Source: Haliotis cracherodii (Eukaryota). From it: a stretch of 64,000 nucleotides of DNA. The DNA lies in NCBI RefSeq assembly GCF_022045235.1, contig NW_027266297.1:19344001-19408000 (forward strand), in the 5' to 3' direction. The notes beneath the pieces were generated by a model. That model saw only the letters and a list, made by a program, of their open reading frames with translations. It had not been told where the DNA came from and did no database searches. Shown one piece after another: positions 23,644 to 35,277 of this stretch (its first letter is position 1; every line of letters starts with the position of its first letter). Position numbers and translations under genes: made by a program.

Positions 23644-25429
23644 ATTTGTGTAATCAACTGTAATTATATTCGTAACATTAAGAAATGTACTCAAACATAT
23701 ATAAGTGACAGAAATATATTCCTTGCTGTATGAGTTACTAAATGAAAATAAATGTAGCAAATATAATCAAAACTCAAATTGGACTGTGATAATATAAATT
23801 GATACTAATGATGAATGCCTAACCATATAGTATATGGATTTCATGATTGAACACTATTCGCACGATGTACACTACAACCACAGGTCAAGGTAGACCAGGT
23901 GACTCTTCAATAGTTTTGCTGAGGACATGAGTTGAGAAGAGGGTTGTTTGATGTGGAGGATGAGATCACGTTACAACAGACAAGGATATGTGTTTCTAAA
24001 CGAATATGCCTTGTGACAATGTATGAGCAGAAATGTATGTATTCCGTGATATTGGTTATATTGGCATTAGGTAACAATTGGAATCTGCTCAAACTTGTTT
24101 ATAGACAGCTGAATAGACTACCGGGCAACGGAAAGTATACACATATAATTGGATGTGACCAAAAATCACAAACGTTATCAAAACGTTACTAGCCTTAAAA
24201 CAGTCGGAAACACTGCAAACTTAAGGTCCTAAACATAGATGTGATACCCGTATCAAATACATCACCATCGAATAACAGTTGTTTGTTTCTTTTTATTTTA
24301 ACAACCATCAACCATTGGTGTATTCTTTCTTTTGGCGGCAGTTTATTATCATCATCATATCTTATTATCATCATATCTTATTATCATATGTTATTATCAT
24401 CATGCAGCTGCAACATCGTTAATCCGGTTGATACCATTAACAATAAAATTGGTGTTTGTGCGTCTCCTTTTGTATATTGATCTGGTCGCCCTTCGACTGA
24501 CTCATCTGGTGAGCCTGCCTAGTGAGTTATAAAGAATATGTGTCTCGTAAACATGTGTAGAAGTGGGTGTAGACGTAACTCATAGTTTGGTCGCGTGGCC
24601 AAAATCATGAGCCTCGTTAACTTGGCTGATTACGTGTCATTGTGTCCTGATGACGTGGACCGTTGCTCATTCTATCAATCACTGTTTTGGGAACGTGTAA
24701 CTATGTAGGCGGATATGTGGCAGACAGGAAAGCAACACACTATGCCTATATTTAGAACCGACTAAAATGGAACGTGGGTGAATATGGTTTTACGCCGCTT
24801 TAATCAATTCCAGCAATATCACGGCGGGGAGACCTATAATTATGTGGCCCTGACACAGTGTTTAGAGTGTTTTTGCCTTAATTGTGTGAGTTATGAACTA
24901 GATTTCATCATATTTGAGAAGTTGTTGTCCTGATATCGAACGTATACAACATTCTAATATGTTACCGACAGCCATTATTAAATGTATCGATACTAAGTCT
25001 GTCAGATGGGTGTTTTCACAAGCACGTCGTGTGTGAGGTCTAATTTAATGAGGTATTCATGAGGAAAAGGTATACCTTTTAAACCAATCAGAATCAAGCA
25101 TTCTACAATGTCAGGGGAGAATTCATTGTCAACACAGCCTCGTCCAGGAAGTAAGGGCCGTTCCAACTGCTCTCACGTTGATTGGCAGATAGATACAGAT
25201 TAGTCACGGACAGTGCTGAAGTAGGTCAGGCGAGAAGGTCAGACAACAATACAGCAAGTATGTCTGATTGCATGTGCCTCTGTGTTTCGATAGAACGTGC
25301 TTTTACATGATTGACCTTCCAGTGGAGATCCCAGGGAAGAATATGGCCCCAATATCCAGCAGAATGCAAGCATTAACCACGTGACTGTGTGTGCATATTC
25401 GTATCAGAAATATTCGAATCGGTGATAAT

Positions 25430-26290
25430 GCTTTCTACTAGCTCTTATAAGTATCAGCTATACTGCTTCCTACTCGCCCCTATAGGTATCAGTTATACTC
25501 CTTCCTACTAGTCTCTATAACTATCAGTTATACTGCTTCCTATTAGTCTTTATTACTATCAGTTATTCTTATTCCTGCTAGTCTCTATACTATCAGTTAT
25601 ACTGCTTCCTACTAGCCTCTATAAGTATCAGCAATACTGCTTCTACTAGCATCTATAAGTTTCAGTTATACTGCTTCCTACTAGCCTCTATAAGTTTCAG
25701 CAATACTGCTTCCTACTAGCCTCTTTAAGTTTCAGTTATACTGATTCCTACTAGCCTCTTTAAGTTTCAGTTATACTGCTTCCTACTAGCCTCTATAAGT
25801 TTCAGCAATACTGCTTCCTACTACCCTCTATAAGTATCAGCAATACTGCTTCTACTAGCCTCTATAAGTTTCAGTTATACTGCTTCCTACTAGCCTCTAT
25901 AAGTTTCAGCAATACTGCTTCCTACTAGCCTCTATAAGTATCAGCAATACTGCTTCTACTAGCCTCTATAAGTTTCAGTTATACTGCTTCCTACTAGCAT
26001 CTTTAAGTTTCAGTTATACTGCTTCCTACTAGCCTCTTTAAGTTTCAGTTATACTGATTCCTACTAGCCTCTATTTAGGTATCAGTTTTACTGCTTCCTA
26101 CTAGCCTCTAAAACTAGCATTTAAACTGCTTCCTACTAACATCTATAAGTATCAGCAATACTGCTTCATACTAGCCTTTATAAGAATCAGTTATACTGAT
26201 TCCTACTAGCCCTATAACTATCAGTTATACTGATTCCTACTAGGATCTGTAAGTATCAGGTATTTTTCTCCCTGCTAGCCTGTCACGATA
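25430..26290. repeat. 35-bp minisatellite
   Basis: Unit TTCAGTTATACTGCTTCCTACTAGCCTCTATAAGT. Confidence 0.93.
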
Positions 26291-26391
26291 TCAGCTATAG
26301 TGATTCCTGCATTCCCTTCATTACATATAACCTCTTACTAGTCTAAATTTGTATAAGGTACATTTCTTCCTAAAAGATTTTGTTCGCATTG

Positions 26392-27480
26392 GGGACATAT
26401 CACTTCCTTCTATTCCCTCATAGTATCAAGTAAACTATTGAATGCTCTTCTCTATTGGTGTGGGACAGACTACGTCCTTCTATTCCCTCATAGTATCAAG
26501 TAAACTATTTAATGCTCTGCTCTTTTGGTGTGGGACAGACTACGTCCTTCTATCCCTCATAGTATCAAGTAAACTATTTAATGCTCTGCTCTATTGATAT
26601 GGGATATACCACGTCCTTCTATTCCCTCAAAGTATGAAGTAAACTATTTAATGCTCTGCTCTTTTGGTGTGGGACATACCACGTCCTTCTATTCCCTCAA
26701 AGTATCAAGTAAACTATTTAATGCTCTGCTCTATTGGTGTGGGACAGATTACGTACTTCTATTCCCTCAAAGTATCAAGTAAACTATTTGATGCTCTGCT
26801 CTATTGGTGTGGAACATACCACGTCCTTCTATTCCCTCAAAGTATCAAGTAAACTATTTAATGCTCTGCTCTTTTGGTGTGGGACAGACTACGTCCTTCT
26901 ATTCCCTCATAGTATCAAGTAAACTATGTAATGCTCTGCTCTATTGGTGTGGGACATACCACGTCCTTCTATTCCCTCAAAGTATCAAGTAAACAATTTA
27001 ATGCTCTGCTCTGTTGGTGTGGGACATACTACATCCTTCTAACCTATTATTGTATCAAGCACTAATATCCTACTAGCCTCTATTTGTATGTGAAATACTA
27101 CTTCCTTGTACCCTCTCATAGTATCAAGTAATCTATTTAATGCTAGCCTCTATTGGTGTGGGACATACTACATCCTTCCAGCCTCTTTTCGTATCAAGTA
27201 TTAATGTCCAACTAGCCTCTATTGGTATGAGACATACTACGTCCTTGTACCCTCTCATAGTATCAAGTAAACAATTTAATGCTAGCCTCTATTGGTATGG
27301 GATAAACTACGCCCTTCTAGCCTCTCATAGTATCAAGTATTAATTTCCTACTAGCCTCTATGTGTATGAGGCATACTACTTCCTTGTATCCTCTCATAGT
27401 ATCAGGTATTAATTGTCCTACAAGCCTCTATAGGAATGGGACACACAACTTCGTTGTAGTCTCTAATACCACCGAGTATT
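26392..27480. repeat. 70-bp minisatellite related to the adjacent 35-mer
   Basis: Unit GTGGGACATACCACGTCCTTCTATTCCCTCAAAGTATCAAGTAAACTATTTAATGCTCTGCTCTATTGGT; ORF-track starts at 26594, 26664, 26734 and 26804 are spaced 70 bp apart. Confidence 0.92.
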
Positions 27481-28609
27481 AAATGTCCAAAAAGGCTCTA
27501 TCATTCATCTGTAAATATTTTTCCATCGGCTTACATTGTCATACATGTGGTGTCTGTACCTGTTACACGAACATGAAAACTATATGGTCCTGACGTATCT
27601 CATAGTTTAATGTCATGTGTTAACATGTAGGTTGCAGGCATGTCATGACTACCTAACAACTAACCGATCAAAGAATTTAGGCTATATACGACCCCCATTG
27701 TGAACCATTGTTATCTCAAGCATTATCGAGACTTGGCCAAACCCGTTTGCTGAGTAAGACTCACTTGGTTATCAAATTTCAAAGCGATTTAACTTATATA
27801 TCTATCCACGTTAAGGGTCCTATATTCTTAACTGCTAGCCCCGATAGAGAAGCTCGTGATGTGGTCGAACTGTCGAGCGTGACAGTCGTCTGAGGGCAAC
27901 CCAACCAGGAACCAAATCGCGCCCCTCTCTCAATATGTATGCATGTGTCATTTATAGCACTTCTATACGACTAAGAAAGTTGCGACTGTGTGTTGATAAA
28001 GGCCTGATCCTATGCTGCTATGAAGTCTAATATAAGATATAAACAGAGATCAGTTTTAATACAGGCACTTATGAATATTTGAAGGAAGCCCTCACGCCTG
28101 TAAGGGCTCGCTCATAACTAGGACAGGCTGTGATATAGCACAATGAGAGAGAAGTCCCTATGTCAGTAGGGTGGATGTCCCATATGTTCTTTTTGATTGA
28201 ATCTAGAACAAGAAAGGATCAAGCATGATGCTACGAATACCCGGTAAACGATGATATCGGGCTGTGCTTCCTGATGCAGATCCTTTATATATTTACGACA
28301 GTGGAAATCGGACACTGCGTGCCTTGTGACGCAGTTTGAGGATTCTATACTAGACACAAATCATACTTATACGGCGCGAGGGTGTATAAAGACGATGCTC
28401 CTGTGGTGCAGCTGGATGATAATCGTAGTATTTTGAGGTTCAAAAGGGTTAGTCAGTATGTGGATTTAATCGATTGGACAAAGCAGATTTATGAACATGC
28501 TTGCTATAAATACACGTGTGGGGAAGTACGGTATATCGGTAACAGTAACAAGGTCGGCAAGCTGGGCCTGAGTTGTGTCTGAGGTGTTCACGTTGTCTCG
28601 GCTCTCAAA

Positions 28610-28919
28610 ATGCCTAAAAAGGCTCCAAGGGTCCAAGAACCTGAAACTGTCGCCAGGCCGAACCTACAATGGGAGGTTGGGGCACATTCCTTGGAGGACA
28701 TTCTACAGAAGTACCCCCTCCCTCGTGTGGTGCAGTGTGCCTATACACTCAGTGATGACGTATCCACGGAACAATCCAACTTTGATTTTCTTCAGCCCAT
28801 GTTGTTGTACCAGAAGCGTGTGTGTAACAAGGTGACAGCAACCAGTCTCAATACTGATCCTCAAACTGGAAACACAGTGGAGGTCGGGGCTCCCCTCCTC
28901 ATACCTGAAGATTACAAAG
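28610..28919 (+). CDS. g3 coding exon 1: CABIT plus SAM (GAREM-like) protein; spliced product about 890 aa
   Basis: MPKKAP..LQWEVGAHSLEDILQKYPLPRVVQC..FLQPMLLYQK..KVTATSL..VGAPLLIPEDYK G|GTAGGT donor, phase 1. Confidence 0.9.
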
Positions 28920-29129
28920 GTAGGTAAACAGGGCGAGTGAAAGGTTTGGCTGATACCATACCATAGTCATATAGACGAGACTAGGTTCTAAGACAACTGT
29001 TGTGACCGTTAGCTACAGACAGATCCACAGTCAACCATACGGTTTTCTTGGACAGTCACAGTCATTTATATCCGTCTAATAATCGTTTTTCAGTAAGACA
29101 TGTTTTCCTCCAAGACAATGACATACGTG

Positions 29130-29287
29130 ATGGAGTTGGGTTTTGCGCCGCTTTTAACAATACTCGAGCAATATTTTGAATCGAGAAATAACTGGGTTTC
29201 ACACATAATACCAATGTGGGGAATGGAAACCAGGCCTTTGGCGCGACGAGCGAACGCTTGAACCACTAGGCTATCAAATCTCCCCCA
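29130..29287 (-). mobile_element. Diverged SINE family A
   Basis: GCGCGACGAGCGAACGCTTGAACCACTAGGCTA and CGCCGCTTTTAACAATA match family A on the minus strand. Confidence 0.7.
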
Positions 29288-32068
29288 TTGTTTAGGTGAC
29301 ATTGACACACGTTTGCCAACACCGTTTACTCCTCATATCAAAAGGATGATGGACATATCAACGATATGATCGAAATAGATACTTTGGAAATCTCATGCAT
29401 CTTCGACTGATGTCTCTTTAGATTCATATATACTACTAAAAAAAGTTAATGATTACCCAATTCTTGTATATTGCTATAGTTAATCTGTCATGCAATAACT
29501 ATAGTATTATGAAAACATCGGGTGTTCTTTAATTTACATATTTTGTAAGGGAAATGTACAGTTTACGTTTGGGGTTTTTTTTCTCATTGAGCGTTAATTG
29601 GTTATAAATAAAATGAGACTAATATTTACAATATGATTTTAGGAATTCTATTGAGTTCACAACAATAATTTAAAAACAAATTGTCTTTGGTTGTTGGTTT
29701 TGTTGTTGTTTGGCAGGTCTTATACTCATATACATGTATAAACAGAGGAAACAGTGAGTAAGTCTAGTAGCAGTACCACAAGGTCAACGAACGAGATTTC
29801 TTCCGTCCTGAGTTTAAGTGTACGTGTTTGGAGTTTTGGTTTCCTTAAACAATATCACAGGCAACAATGTATGTCTCGCGCCTTTTCAAATTGTCCCCAT
29901 TGTAATCAAGAACGGTGGAATGTAAAATTAAAGTGGCTCACGGCACACGCGTCCTGGTGGGATTCCGGGTTAGAACTGGTCACCAGCCATCTATGCTCGT
30001 CGCAAAAGACAACTGAATGTACCGTGTGGTCAGCTTCAGCGTTATTCCTGAATGCGTGCTATCCTAACCTGAAAACGTGAATCATTTCTCGTAAAAAGTA
30101 TCACTGGATTGTCTAGTCCAGATGGCTTTACATACAGACAGCAGGGCTCCAAATGATATATATATATTAGTCTGCTTAAAATGCTGTTTTCAGTCACAAA
30201 TTAACATAAGGGAGGCGTGGCACTTCTTGACTATTACATGACGCCTGTATTCGATCACTGAACACAGAGTTGTACGCAGGTACGCAAGTTGGTGAGGCTG
30301 CATTGGCAATGAGGCATGATGTTACACTATTCGTTTTGAAAGAATTATTCATGCGTATCTGTACTCAGGCAATCCACAACCAATTGGATTACATCTTATC
30401 CGGAGCTCTGGAATCTGGAATAATGATGGGTGCGGCGTAAAAAAAACGCACTTGGGCCTCATTTTCAGATAAATAGGGCTGCTAAAGTCTGACTTTGTGT
30501 AATTCCCATCATGTCATAATGATCAAATGCTGTAAGCTGTTTGTTTCTGACACACACAAACTAACGAGGCACGGTCTGTTTTTTTTTACATTGAATTTTG
30601 TCTCTTATTGTCGTGAAAAAGCTAATGTGACTTGGAAAAGTTAACGTAATAAAATTTGGATTGTAAATGTGGTCCGGTATTGCCAGAGTTCTGTTTAGGC
30701 AGATGCCACTGTATGTAACTTGGTCGATGTGATTGGTCTATGAGTAGATGGATGAACGAACATCCCTACTGACCCTTAATGCCCAGCGCCAGGCAGGGTA
30801 ACAACAAATACCATTTTTTGACGCGGCCAGGGGAACCACTGACCTTCCAGTCTCCGGAGAGACGCTCCATCCCTTAAACCTAGTGGCTAAAGCGTTTGCT
30901 CGTCACGCTCAAGACCGGGTTCGATTCCCCATATAGGTACAATGTTAACAGCGGCGTAAAACCATACTCACTCACTAAATCACGGCGGCCACAACAATGT
31001 AAAACGACTTGATGTGGCATGTATATATTTAACCACAGAGAAATCAAAAGAGACTGAAGAGGTTTATAGTGTTATGTGCAGGGTTTTCAAGGAGATTTAA
31101 GTGCACACCTTCCTGTTAAATATTACAATGCACACTTTACACTCGTCTTGAGGTTTTGGATGAAGGAGCCGATGAGTCACACTCTTCGTCGCTGTGTCAG
31201 TCGACATTAAACCCCCCTTTCACCTCACTGTAAAACTCCGTCGTTGTCGAATACATAACATGAATATTCATTTACCATACATATGTCGTCTCTGAAAGAC
31301 GTTTCTTTGCGACCAGGAAGAAAATCGCTCATACAACACTTGAGTCAAATTAATAGGTGAAACGTGTAAAATTGATTCCAAATGCATAAAATATTCCAAA
31401 GTGATTATTCATACAACACTGAACGTACAGTGAACTAAAGGACAATTATTTTGCATCAGGTGCTCGCGTAGGAGACAAACACTCTGTGTTTTCAACATAG
31501 AGCCAAGTAGATTTAACCGCGCTAAAATGAATTTTGAACCGAACGCGCAACTCTACATTGAAAACCTTCTCCCAATGGTGACAGTCTGCGTGTGTAGAAC
31601 TTGAATGAAAATGAGCATGTCCAATGTTGTATGCATCTCTTGGGCGTGCCAGAAACATGGACCCAGATTCCCCCTGATAATGTTTGTAGGTTTGTCAGTA
31701 TCATATCAGTGATTTTGGATTTCACCAAAGTGGTATACGCCTGATTATTATACGACCTGCATCACGTCGGGTTTGTCTAACAACTCAAGCTGACACGCTG
31801 TGATAAAACTGAAATTATGTTCCAAGCGGAGTCAAACCAAAACTCACTCATAGCTCATGACTATGCAATCAAACGATAATCTGTGTGCTACATGATCATG
31901 ACGTTACCTGACTAGATTTAAAACATAAGACAAAACTTGCTGGGCTAGGTAATAAAATAAAGGCAGTACTTAACCAGAGTTATTTTACTTAGATAAGAAG
32001 GGAGGTTTTTACATAGATAAGAAGGGGTATAAAGTCTACGGGATCTGACCGTTATGTTGAATAGTCTT

Positions 32069-32246
32069 NNNNNNNNNNNNNNNNNNNNNNNNNNNNNNNN
32101 NNNNNNNNNNNNNNNNNNNNNNNNNNNNNNNNNNNNNNNNNNNNNNNNNNNNNNNNNNNNNNNNNNNNNNNNNNNNNNNNNNNNNNNNNNNNNNNNNNNN
32201 NNNNNNNNNNNNNNNNNNNNNNNNNNNNNNNNNNNNNNNNNNNNNN
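32069..32246. other. Assembly gap (N run) inside the g3 intron
   Basis: Run of N. Confidence 1.
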
Positions 32247-32434
32247 ATTATATCGTCCTGATATGTTATTGCCGACGGATACAGGAAGTTTGAAAGTGAG
32301 TGAGTTGCCCCGAGCTCAAGAATGAGTGAGTTGAGTTTAACTCCGCTGTATGTTACAGCATAGAGTTACGTCGCAATGATGAGAAAAGCCAAACTTTCAC
32401 GATTCAAGATGACCAAGTGAGTTCATAACATTAC

Positions 32435-32702
32435 AGTTGGTTTGTTGGTTTATTGTTAACGCCGCACTCAGCCATCTTCCAGCTATATGAGGACGGTCTG
32501 TAAATATTCCAATCTGGACCGGACAATCCAGTTATCGACATCGGGAGCTTCGATCTTCGTAATTGGGATACGATGACATGCATCGACCAAGTCAGCGGGC
32601 CTGACCCGCGATCCTGTTAATCGCCTCATACGTCAAGCATAGTTGTCCCTAACGACAAGCATGGGTTCCTGAAGACTGCTTCTGACCCGGATCTTCACAG
32701 GT
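32435..32702 (-). mobile_element. SINE-like family C, diverged
   Basis: Ends in CCCGGATCTTCACAGG, the reverse complement of the family C head; body collinear. Confidence 0.8.
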
Positions 32703-35277
32703 AACATAACAGTAACTTGTGTGTAATAGTAAAATGTTCGCGTTGTTAGGCCGCGCAACTTTGTGCACCCTTACTCAACACAGGATACAGGCTAGTCCGT
32801 CAAGATATCGTTATCTCAAGTGATCTGCACGTGTAGGTCACTGTCATCACAACTCATAGATCCGGTAAGCGGCACATATTGTATCTGTAGGTGATTCAGC
32901 TTGTTAAATATCGCGCTAAGACCACAATGCACGCAGTGTTTTACAAAGTTATTTCCTTTGAGGGACTATCGGGTGTCACAGTGACACTGATTGCTTTCTA
33001 TAATGGTTTTACTGTTAACAAAGACTTCACCCGATTGTTCGTCATGTACCAAAGTGAATTGACAATGCTTTAACATACACCGCTTTTCACTATGGGTTAT
33101 AGCAGAAACTTGAATTTATATTGATATTAAACATTAAAACATATTGGTGAGGTTAAGTGGGGATAAACATCGCGTTCGGGATTATCGCACTTACGTGACG
33201 ACGTGCATACGTGTGTCTGTCTGTCGACCCGATTGTACTACCCCTGGCTTGTCGTTTTTATGGTGCTAGCCGACTGAGATACCATGCATGTCCCACGTTC
33301 ACACAGTATTTTGACTCGGTGCTGACCGAGAGCCAGGGTAACAACAAGTACCATCTTTCAAGGTATTTTAGAATGATGCAGTCTGGGATCGAATCACAGA
33401 TCTTCTCCCCGGGAAAATGCATTACCCCGACTAGATCAGGGTCATTAAAAAATGACACAGCGAAATATATCTATGGGCTGGTCAATTATTATAGAGAAGG
33501 GGTCATGAAAACATGTTACATGTATTAGGGGGAAGGGGCAGTGGAAAATGTTACATAACGTGTGGGGTGGGGGTGTTTTCATCAGCCCACGCCACCGCCC
33601 TCCCGCCCCTACCCCCATAATATTTTACCCGTCCCTTAATTTCTTTAGTTTTTGTACTTTTCACACTACAGATAGACAGCAAAGGGAGAGACAGTTTTAT
33701 CACATATATTTTAGCTCTAGTTCGAATTAAACCGTCAACAAGATATACTTGCCTGCCATAACACATCGTTGGTTGTTAGGGCAATCCATAAAGCCATAAA
33801 AGCCATATCATCACACTGATATTCACTGTTGGGATTTTGAGATGCCCAGTCGCTGAGCAAATCGCTGGGTAGATAGGCATCCCTTAGGCGTGTCGTAATC
33901 AGAAGCACGTTGGTTCGAATCCCAGGTTCGCACTAATTTAGAGTTCAGTAGCCAATGGGTTTCACCAAAATTGTAAATGCCTAGGACCCGCATCACTTTC
34001 CTTTCATGTGAACCATATTAGGTTAAACGTTGATTTGAAATAACGTGTCGATTCCCGAATTGAAACGTTAGTTAGCCCAGAAATCTGAACGTAAACGAAT
34101 TTAGTGTGAAACCAACAAACAATCAACAAATGGCATACAGTCAGCAATTGTATTACTCAATGCACTAGGCTGACAAATCAATACAAACTACTGCACAACA
34201 ATTACAATGGCAGTATGCAACAGAGTGGTAGTACAATATTCAATGCCAGTCTCAAATAAAAAATATGATGATGGTGGTGATTGAAAAAAGTTCAGTGATA
34301 ATAATATTCAACTATCCGCAACAGTGGTCAAGCTTCCGTGATAGGCCAAGGCTTGGAATCCGGGGTGATAAGTGATCTTCACATAAAAGCTGGTCTTGAT
34401 GTAATGTGAGATGAAATGTGAGATGATATAGTCACGCCTTTGTCCTTTTATATTTCTATTCCAGAAGGTTACACTTCACACTAGCATCTAAATATAGTAA
34501 CTTCATCGCCACTGTGTACATTAAATAGTACTACATGCCTGACAAATAATCATTATCCAAATACAGCTAAATGAGATTCTACTGAATCCCAGCACAAACA
34601 ATGTAATACAGTTACAATCATTGTTTAACAATTAACTACACTGCCATAGAATCCTTTTTGAGACTAAAAAATACGCAACCCAAGATCATAGTAATAAAGA
34701 CCAGCGGATCCTGATAAGACTTAGCGACGTAATTCAGCGTTTATCACTACCAAGCCAACCCTACCCTCATACATACAGTAACGAGGCAACCGGGTTTTGG
34801 TTCTAAACGGTTCTAAAGTGGACGAGTATAAATGTACAGCGCTTTTACAGTAGCAAACAATATGTTAATCGTCCATAGTGTAACATCTAAATAAAAGAGA
34901 CAAAAACCTTTCCTTAACCACAAGAAATCGCAGCAGTGTCGATTGTACGATTTCGACTGTGTCATGAGCATATGCGTTTATGAATCACCATGAGATAGTA
35001 ATGATACAGGTGTTCGCGAAAAGGTGAGCCTATCCAGCCCCAACGGTGGCACCCATCGCGAACACATGCAAAGGCAAGTCAATTGTTCACGTGAAAAACA
35101 AACACGGGAACGTATGTTCCTCCACACCATTACTCATACACTCTCATGCATTTGCTGAACTGCCATTAGTCTAGGTTTTCTAAAAACATCATTCGGAATC
35201 GTCATGTAGCTTACCCAAATATATATATTTGTTCTTCATTACATTTGATAACGACAACATTTCCTTTGCCTTCACAG

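Noticed and set aside
26594-26992. Four 62-aa ORFs and a CRISPR-like regular spacing
   Set aside because: 70-bp tandem repeat with no unique spacers, in a eukaryotic context.
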